Positions 1 to 11,296 are shown, counted from the first letter of the stretch. The stretch: 64,000 bases of DNA from Phormidesmis sp. (GCA_965248535.1 CBDFJR010000005.1:1312001-1376000), one strand, 5' to 3'. Notes: a model not told the origin generated them from the letters alone. Program-made: numbers and translations.

Positions 1-92
1 TCGTGGACGGGATCGATAAATTTATCAAGCCCTTTGAGTCTCTGATGAGTTCGCTTCAAGAAAAGGTCGATCGGTTGGCAACCGTTCAATAA
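1..92 (+). CDS. tal: Transaldolase, 3' end (gene starts before the window)
   Basis: Frame from base 3 reads VDGIDKFIKPFESLMSSLQEKVDRLATVQ*, resembling the cyanobacterial Tal C-terminus. It lies directly upstream of zwf-opcA, as in the known tal-zwf-opcA order. Confidence 0.8.
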   Translation, partial: VDGIDKFIKPFESLMSSLQEKVDRLATVQ

Positions 93-175
93 AGCCCTCA
101 GGGTAAAGGGTGCCTACTCACTGCGCTCTTTACCCTCCCGCTGATCTTTTTTTATTCTTTATTTTTGCCCCATTT

Positions 176-1705
176 ATGGTTACTTTGCTCGAAAATCCGC
201 TCCGCGTTGGGCTACAGCAGCAGCGAATGCCCGAACCCAATATTGTTGTGTTTTTCGGCGCGTCTGGAGACTTGACTAAACGCAAACTCGTCCCGGCGCT
301 CTATCACCTAAAACGAGAGCGGCGACTGCCTCCAGAGTTGACGATCGTGGGCGTAGCTCGTCGCCCTTGGAGCGATGACTACTTTCGTGAGCAGATGCGC
401 GAAGGGGTCGAGCAGTTTTCAGATGGGGTGGAGTCAGAAGCCGCCTGGGAAGATTTTGCCAAGGGTCTATTCTACTGCCCTGGCGATATCGACGATCCTG
501 AAAGCTATCAAACGTTGAAGACCCGGCTTGCGGAGCTAGATGAGAAACGCGGCACCAGAGGCAATCGGGTCTTTTATCTGGCCGTCGCCCCTAACTTCTT
601 TCCAGAAGCGATTCGCCAACTGGGAGCCTCTGAGATGCTCAAAGATTCCCAGAAGACTCGCCTAGTGATTGAAAAACCCTTTGGCCGCGATCTCCGCTCG
701 GCTCAACAACTCAACCGAGTGGTCAATCAGGTCTGCAAAGAAGAGCAGGTCTACCGCATTGACCATTACCTGGGCAAAGAAACCGTTCAAAACCTGATGG
801 TGTTTCGGTTTGCTAACGCCATCTTTGAGCCGCTGTGGAATCGTCAATTTGTCGATCACGTTCAAATCACCGTCGCTGAAACTGTCGGGGTCGAAGATCG
901 TGCGGGCTATTACGAGTCTGCGGGGGCCCTGCGCGACATGGTGCAAAATCACCTGATGCAGCTATTTTGTCTAACGGCAATGGAGCCGCCTAACGCCCTA
1001 GACGCTGACAGCATTCGCACCGAAAAGGTAAAGGTGATTCAGGCGACTCACCTAGCCGATGTCAATCACTTAGAATATTCGGCAATTCGGGGTCAATATT
1101 CAGCCGGGTGGATGAAGGGCAAACAGGTTCCCGGCTATCGCACCGAGCCAGGCGTTAATCCCGACTCGACCACGCCCACTTATGTCGCCATGAAGTTTAT
1201 GGTCGATAACTGGCGGTGGCAGGGGGTTCCGTTCTATCTGCGAACGGGCAAACGGTTGCCTAAAAAAGTGTCAGAAATTTCGATTCAGTTCCGCGAAGTG
1301 CCCTATCTGATCTTTCAGTCAGCGGCCCAGCAGACCAATGCTAATGTGCTGACGATGCGAATTCAGCCCAATGAGGGCATTGCGATGCGATTTGAGGTCA
1401 AAATGCCGGGGGCAGATCTGCGATCGCGCTCCGTCGAAATGGACTTCAGCTATGGCACCTCGTTTGGTGTGACAGGGGGCGAGGCCTACGATCGGCTCTT
1501 GCTAGACTGCATGATGGGCGACCAAACGCTCTTCACCCGCTCTGACGAAGTAGAAGCCGCATGGCGAGTCGTCACCCCTGCCCTCAACGTTTGGGAATCT
1601 CCTACCGATCCCGCTACAATCCCTCAATATGAAGCAGGCACCTGGGAACCCTCAGAAGCTGAACTGCTGATCAACCGCGACGGCCGCCGCTGGCGAAGAC
1701 TCTAA
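176..1705 (+). CDS. zwf: Glucose-6-phosphate 1-dehydrogenase
   Basis: GASGDL nucleotide-binding motif, RIDHYLGKE active-site motif and EKPFG. Start placed at ATG 176 ([13 protein letters not shown], the typical cyanobacterial N-terminus). Confidence 0.98.
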   Translation: MVTLLENPLRVGLQQQRMPEPNIVVFFGASGDLTKRKLVPALYHLKRERRLPPELTIVGVARRPWSDDYFREQMREGVEQFSDGVESEAAWEDFAKGLFYCPGDIDDPESYQTLKTRLAELDEKRGTRGNRVFYLAVAPNFFPEAIRQLGASEMLKDSQKTRLVIEKPFGRDLRSAQQLNRVVNQVCKEEQVYRIDHYLGKETVQNLMVFRFANAIFEPLWNRQFVDHVQITVAETVGVEDRAGYYESAGALRDMVQNHLMQLFCLTAMEPPNALDADSIRTEKVKVIQATHLADVNHLEYSAIRGQYSAGWMKGKQVPGYRTEPGVNPDSTTPTYVAMKFMVDNWRWQGVPFYLRTGKRLPKKVSEISIQFREVPYLIFQSAAQQTNANVLTMRIQPNEGIAMRFEVKMPGADLRSRSVEMDFSYGTSFGVTGGEAYDRLLLDCMMGDQTLFTRSDEVEAAWRVVTPALNVWESPTDPATIPQYEAGTWEPSEAELLINRDGRRWRRL

Positions 1706-1741
1706 CGATTTTAGAAAATCTAACCTCTCCTACTTCTCTCT

Positions 1742-3121
1742 ATGGCTACCCAATCTCCTTTTCTTGTTCCTCTGCAATCGTTGCAAGCGCCCAAAGACGT
1801 TTCTCTCAGCGAAATTGAGGCAGAACTTGCCAAAATTTGGCAGAGCTACAGTGTCGCTAGTGATGACGGCACCACGCTTGCCGCTACAAGGGCTGCCACC
1901 TTTACGCTGGTGGTTTATGAGCCAGAAGAAACTCAGCAACTGCTGGCAGCCCTGGGGTTTTATACCGGCCCGGTCGATGGCATCGGCGGGCCTCGCACCG
2001 AAGCGGCCATTCGAGCGGCTGAGTCGAGCTTAGGTCTCAAACCCGATGGCAAAGCGAGTCCGGCGCTGCTAGCAAAACTTCGGGAATCCCTAGCTAAGAA
2101 GAGCAACTCAGTCGCCGACGGTGAGGCAACCCGATCGTCAACCTATGCCTTAGACGCAGCCGGGGCTGGGATCGCAGACGCGATCGCCACTCAAAATCCC
2201 TGTCGCATCATCTCCCTGTTTCCCGTGGCCGGAGAAGATGAAGGTGTCACGGCTCAAGTGTCTGCCTATTGCCCCATCAATAAGCAGAGCCGCAACTCCC
2301 TAGTGTGTGGCGAATACATCATGCTCAAGGGAACGGAAAGCGCCTTAGAGCGGGTGTCTAGCATGGTCTCCTCCCTAGTCATGGGCGAGTTGCCCAGCAT
2401 TCTCTGGTGGAAAGCCACGCCTAGCACCGATCAAGAACTGTTCGATCGGTTGTCTAAAACTTGCACCGCTGTCGCCGTAGACTCTAGCCACTTCATGACC
2501 GATCCCGAAGGCGATCTGCTCAAAGTAGCCAATCTGATTCAAAAACAAGTGCAGGTAGCTGACCTCAACTGGCGACGACTCGCTGCCTGGCAAGAATTAA
2601 CTGCCGAGGCGTTTGATCCCCCAGAGCGCAGAGCCGCCATTCGGGAAGTCGATCGCGTTGTGATTGACTATGAAAAAGGTAACTCGACCCAGGCGCTGAT
2701 GTTTTTGGGTTGGCTGGCAAGTCGGCTCAACTGGGAGCCAGTTTCACGATCGAAAGAAGATGACATCTATGAACTTCAGCGCATTCACCTAACGGCGGCT
2801 GACGGACGGGCGATCGAGGTTGAGCTTGCTGCCATTCCGACGGCTGACACGGGTGAAGTCACGGGCGATCTGGTGAGCCTTAAACTCACGTCTACTAACC
2901 TCAACGCCGACTGCTGCACGGTTCTCTGTTCTGAGACGACGGGCTGTATGCGAATGGAGGCGGGCGGTGGTGCCCAATCGTGCCGCATTAATCAGGTGAC
3001 TCCGCTGGATGACCAAAAAGCTGAAACGCTTTTGGGTGAGCAGCTTCAGCGTCTAGGTCAAGATGTGCTGTTTGAGGAAAGTTTAGCGGTAACAGCAAAA
3101 ATATTGGCGATCGCTGCCTAA
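1742..3121 (+). CDS. opcA: G6PDH assembly/allosteric activator OpcA
   Basis: Follows zwf. Motifs ATRAATF, NPCRII, VSAYCPI, DLNWRRL and CCTVLCSETTGCMRME; internal peptidoglycan-binding-like insert. Confidence 0.95.
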   Translation: MATQSPFLVPLQSLQAPKDVSLSEIEAELAKIWQSYSVASDDGTTLAATRAATFTLVVYEPEETQQLLAALGFYTGPVDGIGGPRTEAAIRAAESSLGLKPDGKASPALLAKLRESLAKKSNSVADGEATRSSTYALDAAGAGIADAIATQNPCRIISLFPVAGEDEGVTAQVSAYCPINKQSRNSLVCGEYIMLKGTESALERVSSMVSSLVMGELPSILWWKATPSTDQELFDRLSKTCTAVAVDSSHFMTDPEGDLLKVANLIQKQVQVADLNWRRLAAWQELTAEAFDPPERRAAIREVDRVVIDYEKGNSTQALMFLGWLASRLNWEPVSRSKEDDIYELQRIHLTAADGRAIEVELAAIPTADTGEVTGDLVSLKLTSTNLNADCCTVLCSETTGCMRMEAGGGAQSCRINQVTPLDDQKAETLLGEQLQRLGQDVLFEESLAVTAKILAIAA

Positions 3122-3136
3122 GTTTCTCTAGAGATT

Positions 3137-3177
3137 CTAACGTTGAGAGACGTTACTCTGTGCATTCTCAACGTTAG
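3137..3177. terminator. Stem-loop after opcA (terminator or mRNA-stabilising hairpin)
   Basis: 12-bp perfect inverted repeat CTAACGTTGAGA / TCTCAACGTTAG. Confidence 0.55.
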
Positions 3178-3235
3178 TCTTTAAATACTCATGGAGCACT
3201 CAAGCCTCTCCATCTACCCCAAATTCAACGAGCCT

Positions 3236-4165
3236 ATGGTCGGGTCGGTCGAGCAAATTTCGCAGCAGCTTGTTGCCCTAGACCAGCAGGTGGCTGATAT
3301 GGGCGAAAGATTGCATCAAACTTATGTCAGCTATCTGACGACGCTGGGTCAAGCCGTTCGACAGCAGTTGATCTTGTCGTGCTATCAGGTCTGCACTGAG
3401 AGCTATCCCCAGCAGTTTTTGCAGTTGTCTCTCGGTCAGCGCCAGCGGTTTCAGCAGTCAGTCAGAGATTTGGCTAGTCAGAGTCAAGCAGAGCTATTGG
3501 CGCAACTTCAGCCCGTCGGATTTGACAGCACAGCCTCGATCGACGAGTCTGATGATGAAGAGTCTGATGAGGAAGAGGAAGACTCTGACGCAGCGCTTGA
3601 TGCTTCAGATCGAGAGATAGACAGCGCTCTAGAGAGCCATCAAAACGAACTCGAATTTCTCCTGTCTGCTCCGTCCTTGAGCAAGCCTACCCAGCCCCTG
3701 ACCCCACTAGACGCTTTGGTGCGGTGGCAAGAAATCTTAGAGACTGCGATCGCCAAAAAACTCCAGACCACCTCTCACGCGGCCAACCTGCTGTTGCAGC
3801 AGTCAGAAATTTTGCCCAAACGTTTGCCAGAGCCAGTCTTAAAGGCGGCTGCTAACGCCGGGGGCGATGACCCGATCGCAGGCAATGCCAATCTCCTCAA
3901 CTTGCTGGTTGAAGCCACCGACGAACTAGGGCTAGGGCCAGGTCGATCTAAAAAATCAGGTTCATCACTGTTGCATCTCGTGGCGATTCAGCTACGCTTG
4001 TCTGAGATTGAGTTTAACGACTCAACCGCGATGGTGTGGCGCAACAAACTGCGCGATCTCAAGAAACAGCTTCAGACGTTGGGGCGAGACTATCAAAAAA
4101 AGCACCAAGAACGAGCGATCGCCCAAGCCCAAGATGCGTGGCGATCGACGTGGACAAACGACTAA
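3236..4165 (+). CDS. Hypothetical helical protein with acidic low-complexity linker
   Basis: Long ORF (track start 3191, likely ATG 3236) with coiled-coil-like ends, LRLSEIEF and AWRSTW segments. Confidence 0.75.
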   Translation: MVGSVEQISQQLVALDQQVADMGERLHQTYVSYLTTLGQAVRQQLILSCYQVCTESYPQQFLQLSLGQRQRFQQSVRDLASQSQAELLAQLQPVGFDSTASIDESDDEESDEEEEDSDAALDASDREIDSALESHQNELEFLLSAPSLSKPTQPLTPLDALVRWQEILETAIAKKLQTTSHAANLLLQQSEILPKRLPEPVLKAAANAGGDDPIAGNANLLNLLVEATDELGLGPGRSKKSGSSLLHLVAIQLRLSEIEFNDSTAMVWRNKLRDLKKQLQTLGRDYQKKHQERAIAQAQDAWRSTWTND

Positions 4166-4245
4166 CCCTCGTTTCTTTCTCAAGAGACTGATCAAAGTCC
4201 TCGCTCCCTGCCTATGCTGAAGAAGAATAGAGAAAGGAAATCTGC

Positions 4246-5163
4246 ATGGTGTCTAGTCAGGGGATCAAAATCGCGGTTGTTGGAGACATTCATGATCTGT
4301 GGGATCACGAAGATGAGGCAGCACTCAACGCATTAGGCGTTGACTTAGTTCTGCTGGTGGGAGACTTTGGCAACGAATCGGTAGAGGTGGTGCGATCAAT
4401 TGCTCAGATGACGTTGCCTAAAGCGGCAATTTTGGGCAACCACGATGCCTGGTATAACGCCACCGACTGGGGCATTCAACAATGTCCCTACGATCGCACC
4501 CAAGAAGACCGGGTGCAGCAGCAGATCGATCTGCTGGGCGACGCAAATGTGGGCTATGGCAAGCTTGATTTACCAGAGTTTCACCTCAGTGTGGTGGGCA
4601 GTCGCCCCTTTAGCTGGGGTGGGTCAGTCTGGAAAAACAATCGATTCTATCGCACTCGCTGCGGGGTGAAAAACTTCTCAGACTCGATCGATCACATCGC
4701 GGCGGCGGCTGAGGCGGCAGCTTATGAAACCGTGATTTTCGTCGGACATAACGGGCCGACTGGGTTAGGCGACCTGCCCGAAGACCCCTGTGGCAAAGAT
4801 TGGCAGCCCATTGGGGGCGATCACGGCGATCCTGACTTTGAACAAGCGATCGCTAAAACTCGATTGTTGGGCAAATCGATTCCCCTCGTCACGTTTGGGC
4901 ATATGCACCACACGTTGCGCCACACTAAACAGCAGCTTCGTCGCGCTATTCACACCAGTTCAGACGGGACGGTTTATTTAAATGCGGCTCGCGTGCCTCG
5001 GATAGTGCAGAATGAAGGCGATCGCTTGAGAAATTTTTCTTTAGTCACCCTGCAATTTGGCAGCGTGTCGGAAGCTTCTCTGGTCTGGGTCAATCAAGCC
5101 TTTAAAATTGTCTCAGAGACGGTGCTCTATAGGGCTGAATCGATCGCCGAATCGCTGGCCTAG
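4246..5163 (+). CDS. devT: Calcineurin-like metallophosphoesterase, DevT/TIGR04168 family
   Basis: Metallophosphoesterase motifs GDIHD, VGDFGNE, GNHD and GHMH. Confidence 0.75.
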   Translation: MVSSQGIKIAVVGDIHDLWDHEDEAALNALGVDLVLLVGDFGNESVEVVRSIAQMTLPKAAILGNHDAWYNATDWGIQQCPYDRTQEDRVQQQIDLLGDANVGYGKLDLPEFHLSVVGSRPFSWGGSVWKNNRFYRTRCGVKNFSDSIDHIAAAAEAAAYETVIFVGHNGPTGLGDLPEDPCGKDWQPIGGDHGDPDFEQAIAKTRLLGKSIPLVTFGHMHHTLRHTKQQLRRAIHTSSDGTVYLNAARVPRIVQNEGDRLRNFSLVTLQFGSVSEASLVWVNQAFKIVSETVLYRAESIAESLA

Positions 5164-5891
5164 AGCGTGTCAAACAAAACCGTCGTCATGTAGCGCTCTG
5201 CCCACGCTTCCCCAAACGCTTTTTCTAAGACGCGGCGGGTTTTATCGTTTTGCTGCTGGCGATCGCAATAGTAGCGCTGTCTAGCTAAGATTTCTGCCTC
5301 GCGCTCTGGCGTGGGTTGAGTCGCGATCGCCCGTTGACAGTGCAAGTCTAAATAGCTCTCGACTCGCGCTAAGAAGGCTGTCTCTTCTGCCTCATTGCTC
5401 GGACGCACAAACAGACAAAACCCGGAAAAAATATCGCCCCATTCTGGAAGCTCACGGCGCTGACTAAACGTCAGGTCGGGCAACCCCGATAAAGCGGTCT
5501 GATAGGCAGTGGGTAGAGTACGATCGTGGCTAGTGGGCGAGAGATCAGCGATTGCCATGCCGATTTGACTGCGACCGCTCACTAGGTCTACCCCAAACAT
5601 TGGTAGGGCATAGTCCGATCGGGGAAACATAACGCAGTGCAGAATGTCTAGCATTGTCCCCACTTTGGCCAGTTCTATGTGAAGTTTGCGAAATTGAGGA
5701 GTCTGATAACAACGATTTTCAATAATCAGCTTTTCCTCGTCCATTCGCCCTTCGACATAGCCCAGATCATCTGGCAAATAGTAGGGCGAAAGATCTAAAT
5801 AACGGTGCCAAACTGCCTCTATTTTATCGGCTAACCTGCGAATTAATGGGTGTTGCTGCTCACGCAAAGAAGAGGTTGAGAGAGGAACCAT
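5160..5891 (-). CDS. pcyA: Phycocyanobilin:ferredoxin oxidoreductase
   Basis: IENRCYQTPQFRKLHIELA, LDILHCVMFP and QQQNDKTRRVLEKAFG are PcyA hallmarks. Confidence 0.97.
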   Translation of the reverse strand: MVPLSTSSLREQQHPLIRRLADKIEAVWHRYLDLSPYYLPDDLGYVEGRMDEEKLIIENRCYQTPQFRKLHIELAKVGTMLDILHCVMFPRSDYALPMFGVDLVSGRSQIGMAIADLSPTSHDRTLPTAYQTALSGLPDLTFSQRRELPEWGDIFSGFCLFVRPSNEAEETAFLARVESYLDLHCQRAIATQPTPEREAEILARQRYYCDRQQQNDKTRRVLEKAFGEAWAERYMTTVLFDTL

Positions 5892-5990
5892 AGTGAAAGC
5901 AAAGACAACGTTTTGAGACCTTCTTAAAGGATATCAGCTTGCTGCGAGCGATCGGGCAACGTTACAAACCCTGTAAAACTTACCGAGACT

Positions 5991-6791
5991 ATGGCTGGAC
6001 AGATATTGGGCGATCGCTATGAGATAGAAGGAGAGTTAGGGCGGCAAGCGGGACGATGGACGCTATTAGCGCGAGATCTCAACACTCAAGAACAGGTCGT
6101 GATCAAGCTGCTGTGTCCCGAAGAAGATCTGCGATCGAGCGATCTGAAACTATTTGAGCGCGAGGCCGAAACCCTCAAAGCCCTCTCTCACCCCTGTGTG
6201 CCCCAATATCTGGGCTATTTTGAGCATCGATTGCCTGTGGGCAGAGCGCTAGCGCTGGTGCAAAGCTACGTGCCCGGAAAGTCTCTAGATGAATGTATCA
6301 GAATCGGGCGCACCTTCACTGAAGAAGAGGCCAAGCAAATTGCAAAATCGCTGCTCTACATTCTCATCTATCTACATGGACGGCAGCAGCCAACGGTGCA
6401 TCGTGATATCAAGCCCAGCAACATTGTGCTGGCGCAGCGTCGCACTCATCTCGTTAATTTTGGCTCAGTGAAGATGCTGCTGAGTTCCGATCGCTCGACC
6501 TTTACCCTGATGGAGGCTCACGACTATATGCCGCCAGAGCAATATGCGGGTCGGGCGTTGACTGTTTCTGACCTCTATAGTCTCGGCGCAACTCTGATTG
6601 CCATTATCACAGGCAAATCTCCGTCTCAGTTGCCGCGTAAGGGCACTAAATTAGACTTTCAGCAAATCGTTGACTTGAGTCCGGCGTTTGCCGATTGGTT
6701 GAGTTGGCTGACTGAGACCAGTCTCGATCGTCGCCTGCAATCTGCCAAGCAATCCCTGCAAGTCTTAGAGTCAGGGCAAAGAAGAGCCTAA
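5991..6791 (+). CDS. Hanks-type Ser/Thr kinase-like protein (kinase domain only; DFG motif reads NFG)
   Basis: VVIK, HRDIKPSN, YMPPEQ and SDLYSLG motifs. Confidence 0.88.
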   Translation: MAGQILGDRYEIEGELGRQAGRWTLLARDLNTQEQVVIKLLCPEEDLRSSDLKLFEREAETLKALSHPCVPQYLGYFEHRLPVGRALALVQSYVPGKSLDECIRIGRTFTEEEAKQIAKSLLYILIYLHGRQQPTVHRDIKPSNIVLAQRRTHLVNFGSVKMLLSSDRSTFTLMEAHDYMPPEQYAGRALTVSDLYSLGATLIAIITGKSPSQLPRKGTKLDFQQIVDLSPAFADWLSWLTETSLDRRLQSAKQSLQVLESGQRRA

Positions 6792-6864
6792 CCAGGCAAC
6801 CAACGACGCAAAAGACCCGATCAGATTGACGTTAAAATGGGTGTTTCATTGAGAGGCAACCCTC

Positions 6865-7938
6865 ATGGCGAGATTGAAAGTCGGGCTGTTATTTGGCGGA
6901 TGTTCGGGAGAGCATGAGGTGTCAATTGCGTCAGCACGGGCGATCGCTCAGGCCCTTAAACTGGATGCGAATGCTGATCGCTACGACGTGTTGCCGTTCT
7001 ACATTCAAAAAGATGGCTATTGGCAAGCGGGCGATCTGGCTCAACAGGTTTTAGAGGAGGGCACAGCAGTCGCCTCGGCAGACAGCCATCAAACGCGCTG
7101 GCAGTTTCCGACCGAGGTCAGCCAAGTTGAGGTCTGGTTTCCGGTGTTGCACGGCCCCCATGGTGAAGACGGCACTGTGCAGGGGCTGCTTAAGCTGATG
7201 CAGGTGCCATTTGTGGGTTCAGATGTGCTGGCATCGGCGGTGGGCATGGATAAGATCGCGATGAAAACGGCTTATGCCCAGGCGGGCTTGCCCCAGGTGA
7301 ACTATTTGGCCGTGACCCGATCGCAAATCTCCTCAAATCCCAGCACTTTTTCCCAGCTTGGTGAGCAGATTGAGGCAGAGTTGGGCTATCCCTGTTTTGT
7401 CAAACCTGCCAATTTAGGATCATCGGTCGGCATCTCAAAAGTGCGAAATCTGGCCCAGTTAGAAGCCGCGTTGCACAATGCTGCTAGCTACGATCGTCGC
7501 GTCATTGTTGAAGCGGGCGTGATTGCCAGAGAAGTCGAGTGTGCGGTTCTCGGCAATGATCAGCCTCAAGCTTCGGCGGTTGGTGAAATCACCTTTGAAA
7601 GCGACTTTTACGATTATGAAACCAAATACACCGCAGGGCAGGCAGCGCTGACTATCCCGGCAGATCTGCCAGAGTCCGTTACGGCCCAGATTCAGGAGAT
7701 GGCGATTCAGGCATTTGTAGCGATCGACGGGGCCGGACTCGGACGAGTCGATTTCTTCTATGTTGAATCGACTGGAGACATCTTCATCAACGAAATCAAC
7801 ACCTTCCCAGGGTTCACCGCCACGAGTATGTATCCTCAGCTTTGGGCCGCCACAGGCGTTCCCTTCTCAACGTTGGTCGATCGCCTGATCCAGTTTGCGC
7901 TAGAGCGCCACGACAGCCCGCGTCAACAACCCGTTTAG
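6865..7938 (+). CDS. ddl: D-alanine--D-alanine ligase
   Basis: [38 protein letters not shown] and NEINTFPG. Confidence 0.97.
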   Translation: MARLKVGLLFGGCSGEHEVSIASARAIAQALKLDANADRYDVLPFYIQKDGYWQAGDLAQQVLEEGTAVASADSHQTRWQFPTEVSQVEVWFPVLHGPHGEDGTVQGLLKLMQVPFVGSDVLASAVGMDKIAMKTAYAQAGLPQVNYLAVTRSQISSNPSTFSQLGEQIEAELGYPCFVKPANLGSSVGISKVRNLAQLEAALHNAASYDRRVIVEAGVIAREVECAVLGNDQPQASAVGEITFESDFYDYETKYTAGQAALTIPADLPESVTAQIQEMAIQAFVAIDGAGLGRVDFFYVESTGDIFINEINTFPGFTATSMYPQLWAATGVPFSTLVDRLIQFALERHDSPRQQPV

Positions 7939-8495
7939 GCTAGATCGGTCTGCCCGACGCGCTCCCACCAGCGATTGAGGGGAAAGTAGACAACAGGTGC
8001 CCATAAACTGCTGAGAATAGCTGAACTCAGGGCAACAAACTGGTGATAAGTCCAGATTTCGAGCAGCGATCGTCCCCCTTGCAGGCTGTATTGAATCGCC
8101 ATCACCGTCTCAGCTAGCACCGCCATCCCAAACACGATCAGCGCTACTGAGATGAAATCTTCTTCAATGTAGCGCTGCTTTTGCAGTCGAGCCGTCAAAG
8201 CCCCAATCAGCACCAAGCTCACCGCATGGGTCGGAAACGGAGAGGTCATGCCGTCTTGCAGCAAACCCAAGACCAACCCTGCCATCGCCCCTTGAAACAT
8301 TGTCCGTTTGACGCTCCAAGCGACGACCCAAATCAGTAGCCAGTTGGGGCCGATGCCTGCCAACTCCATGCCGGGTAAGCGCGTTGGTAAAATCATTAGG
8401 CAGAGCAGCACCGAAAGGGCATTTACGCCCCAGTTGACGAGGGGGCGCGAAATTGGGTGGCGATCGAACAGATCCTCTAACGCTGAAGTATTCAT
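7935..8495 (-). CDS. mreD: Rod shape-determining protein MreD
   Basis: Hydrophobic protein, third gene of the mreBCD order, overlapping the mreC stop. Confidence 0.9.
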   Translation of the reverse strand: MNTSALEDLFDRHPISRPLVNWGVNALSVLLCLMILPTRLPGMELAGIGPNWLLIWVVAWSVKRTMFQGAMAGLVLGLLQDGMTSPFPTHAVSLVLIGALTARLQKQRYIEEDFISVALIVFGMAVLAETVMAIQYSLQGGRSLLEIWTYHQFVALSSAILSSLWAPVVYFPLNRWWERVGQTDLA

Positions 8496-9307
8496 GGAGT
8501 TGCTTCTGGAGAAGGCGTTGCAGCCGGAGTTGGGGCAGCGGGGGCCGTCAGTCGGGGGTCGCCCAAGTTAGCAGAATTAGGATAGATGGTTGCCCACTCT
8601 AAGTAGTTAATGGGGGCAGATAGCTCGATCACGGCTTCGGGTGCCGGACTTTTGTTGAGATCGACTGACTCAATGCGCCCGATCGGGATGCCCGCCGGAA
8701 ATAATTGGCTAAATGATGACGTAGACACTACATCGCCTCGACGCACATCGGGAACCTTCTCAAAAAACTCCATCACGGCTCGGTTGGCTGACTTGCCGCG
8801 CATAAACCCCATGTAGCGACTGCGGCTGATCGTCACACCGACGCGACTGCTAGGATCACTCAACAACAGCACCTGACTTGTATGAGACGTGACATTGCTA
8901 ACGCGGCCCACCAGCCCACCCGGACTGAGCACGATCGACCCGACCCGAATGCCATCTTGACTGCCCCGACCCAAAATCACCTGCTGCCACCAGTGGTCAG
9001 CGCTGCGACCAATCACCGAGGCTGCCACCCCCGGAGTCTTTTTAGCTGAAACAAACCCTAGAAGCTCTTCTAGGCGCTGATTGCGGCTTTCTAGCTCGAT
9101 CAGACGCTGCTGAAGTTCTTGCGCTTGGGCGTTGGCTAGTCGATCTGGTTGGGTAGGGTTGCTGTGAAATGGGCGCGTGACCAGTTGATAGGTTTCTAGA
9201 AGCACCCCTCCTTGAGTCTGGCGGACGAAGAGAGCCATCCCTAAAGCCACACCAGCCAAGGTGGCCTGAATTCCATAGCGTTCCCACCAGCGTTGCAGTG
9301 CGTACAT
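8492..9307 (-). CDS. mreC: Rod shape-determining protein MreC
   Basis: N-terminal TM segment, coiled coil, GLVGRV and FPAGIPIG motifs; downstream of mreB. Confidence 0.95.
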   Translation of the reverse strand: MYALQRWWERYGIQATLAGVALGMALFVRQTQGGVLLETYQLVTRPFHSNPTQPDRLANAQAQELQQRLIELESRNQRLEELLGFVSAKKTPGVAASVIGRSADHWWQQVILGRGSQDGIRVGSIVLSPGGLVGRVSNVTSHTSQVLLLSDPSSRVGVTISRSRYMGFMRGKSANRAVMEFFEKVPDVRRGDVVSTSSFSQLFPAGIPIGRIESVDLNKSPAPEAVIELSAPINYLEWATIYPNSANLGDPRLTAPAAPTPAATPSPEATP

Positions 9308-9372
9308 TCAACCTCGTATGTTGGCTGGTCAACTTTACAAGAGTATACCGTTTCAGTTCCAGCGTTCAGATC

Positions 9373-9420
9373 GTTTTTCGCAACTTATATCTCAGCATCA
9401 GGAAATAAATTGCGAAAAAC
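9373..9420. terminator. Hairpin between mreB and mreC
   Basis: 11-bp perfect inverted repeat GTTTTTCGCAA / TTGCGAAAAAC, extended by TTAT/ATAA. Confidence 0.5.
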
Positions 9421-9424
9421 TTGT

Positions 9425-10462
9425 CTAGCGAGAGGGGCGAGTGCTAAAGACACGCTCTAGCTGCTTGAAGTTTTCTAAGACTCGCCCAGTGCCTAAAACG
9501 ACGCAGCTTAGCGGGTCAGCCGCCACATGAACCACAATGCCTGTTTCGTGACTGATCAGCGTGTCGATGCCTTTAAGAAGTGCGCCACCTCCTGCCAGCA
9601 TGATACCGCGATCGATAATATCGGCTGCTAGCTCAGGCGGGGTGCGTTCCAAAGTCCGTTTGACGGCATCGACGATCACAGACAGTGGCTCTGACATGCT
9701 CTCGCGAATTTCAGGACTCTTGATCGTGACGGTGCGGGGGAGACCTGAGAGCAGGTGGAGTCCTCGAACTTCCATCGTCGCTTCATCATCTTGTGTGGGA
9801 TAGGCAGACCCGATCGAGATCTTAATCTCTTCAGCAGTTCGTTCACCCACTACCAGGTTGTGAACTTTTTTCATGTAGTGGATGATCGACTCACTCAGTT
9901 CGTCTCCGGCCACCCGCACTGACTCACTGAGGACGGTTCCTTGCAAACTGAGGACGGCGACCTCGGTCGTGCCGCCACCAATGTCAATGATCATGTTTCC
10001 AGTCGGTTCGGCCACGGGTAAGCCGGCCCCGATCGCTGCCGCTACGGGTTCATCAATTAAGTAGACCTCTCGTGCCCCAGCTTGAGAAGCCGCTTCCATC
10101 ACAGCGCGCCGCTCTACCCCAGTCACCCCACTGGGAATGCCAATTACAACGCGGGGAGAAACCAGCGTTTTTCCTTCGTGCACCCGTGTGATGAAGTGCT
10201 TGAGCATTAATTCTGCGGTATCAAAGTCGGCGATCACGCCGTCGCGTAAGGGGCGGAGTGCGACAACATTTCCAGGGGTGCGCCCCAGCATTCTTTTTGC
10301 ATCTTCGCCGACCGCCAAGGGGATTTTTTCGTTTTGATCCATCGCGACGACGGAAGGCTCTTGTAGAACAATGCCTTTACCTGACACGTAGACGAGAGTG
10401 TTGGCGGTGCCCAGGTCTATACCCATGTCCCGGGATAAGGAGAAGCGACTGAAAAGACCCAC
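9425..10462 (-). CDS. mreB: Actin-like MreB
   Basis: [19 protein letters not shown] and [11 protein letters not shown] start. Confidence 0.98.
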   Translation of the reverse strand: MGLFSRFSLSRDMGIDLGTANTLVYVSGKGIVLQEPSVVAMDQNEKIPLAVGEDAKRMLGRTPGNVVALRPLRDGVIADFDTAELMLKHFITRVHEGKTLVSPRVVIGIPSGVTGVERRAVMEAASQAGAREVYLIDEPVAAAIGAGLPVAEPTGNMIIDIGGGTTEVAVLSLQGTVLSESVRVAGDELSESIIHYMKKVHNLVVGERTAEEIKISIGSAYPTQDDEATMEVRGLHLLSGLPRTVTIKSPEIRESMSEPLSVIVDAVKRTLERTPPELAADIIDRGIMLAGGGALLKGIDTLISHETGIVVHVAADPLSCVVLGTGRVLENFKQLERVFSTRPSR

Positions 10463-10809
10463 TGGTTTCTATGCCTCAGATTTGCGCGATGAGTACGATC
10501 GAGTGAGGTGCAACCAAGCACCAACAGTTATCGATGTGAATTTTATTACAGTTTCTATCCTGAGTCTAGTCAGGCTGCCTAAAATCATCGATAAACTGTC
10601 TTTTTCGTGGAAGCGAGATCGCTTAGAAGCTGAGATTCAAACTGATCTCATCATAGAGGCAAAACCCCGATTAAAATGGATGGTCTTTTAATTAGAAACT
10701 GGGATTGATTTAAAAAGTTAGATCAGACTTTTGTTTACCTCATGATTCTTGTTATGAACAAAGAGCGTTAGTTAAGGTTGCTTTGAGAATCAATTAAAGC
10801 TAAAATTTA

Positions 10810-10823
10810 AGTACAAATGTATT
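10810..10823. promoter_or_regulatory. Putative LexA (SOS) box upstream of ssb
   Basis: AGTACAAATGTATT, one mismatch from the cyanobacterial LexA consensus RGTACNNNDGTWCB. Confidence 0.6.
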
Positions 10824-10901
10824 GATAGATCGATACATTGACTCCGCTAAAGGAAGAATCTTCCTCTAAGATAAAGACATTTGACAGGTGAGCAAAGCAC
10901 T

Positions 10902-11270
10902 ATGAGCCTCAACGTGGTAACTCTGGTTGGGCGTGTGGGCGGTGACCCAGACGTGAAATATTTTGAGTCGGGCAGCGTTAAATGTCGGCTGACGCTAGCA
11001 GTCAACCGTCAATCTAAAAACAATGATCAGCCCGATTGGTTCAATCTAGAACTTTGGGGCAAGCAAGCCGACGTTGCGGCTAACTACGTTCGCAAAGGTA
11101 GCTTAATCGGGGTCAAAGGCTCTCTAAAATTTGATAGCTGGAAAGATCGAAACACAGGAGTCGATCGTACCTCGCCTGTGGTGCTGGTCGATCGACTGCA
11201 ACTGCTAGGGTCAAAGCGTGATTCTGAAGGCGGTGGGGCAGAATCTCCAGGCTACACCGATGACTTTTAA
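10902..11270 (+). CDS. ssb: Single-stranded DNA-binding protein
   Basis: NVVTLVGRVGGDP, WFNLELWGKQA, KGSLIGVKG and an acidic DDF tail. Confidence 0.96.
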   Translation: MSLNVVTLVGRVGGDPDVKYFESGSVKCRLTLAVNRQSKNNDQPDWFNLELWGKQADVAANYVRKGSLIGVKGSLKFDSWKDRNTGVDRTSPVVLVDRLQLLGSKRDSEGGGAESPGYTDDF

Positions 11271-11296
11271 GACTGGGTTTAGAGGACTGTCAACCC

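Noticed and set aside
110..175. Longer zwf start at 110
   Set aside because: The extension is T-rich intergenic sequence; the conserved start is [10 protein letters not shown].
1925..2085. Peptidoglycan-binding-like insert in OpcA as a novelty
   Set aside because: A known feature of cyanobacterial OpcA proteins.
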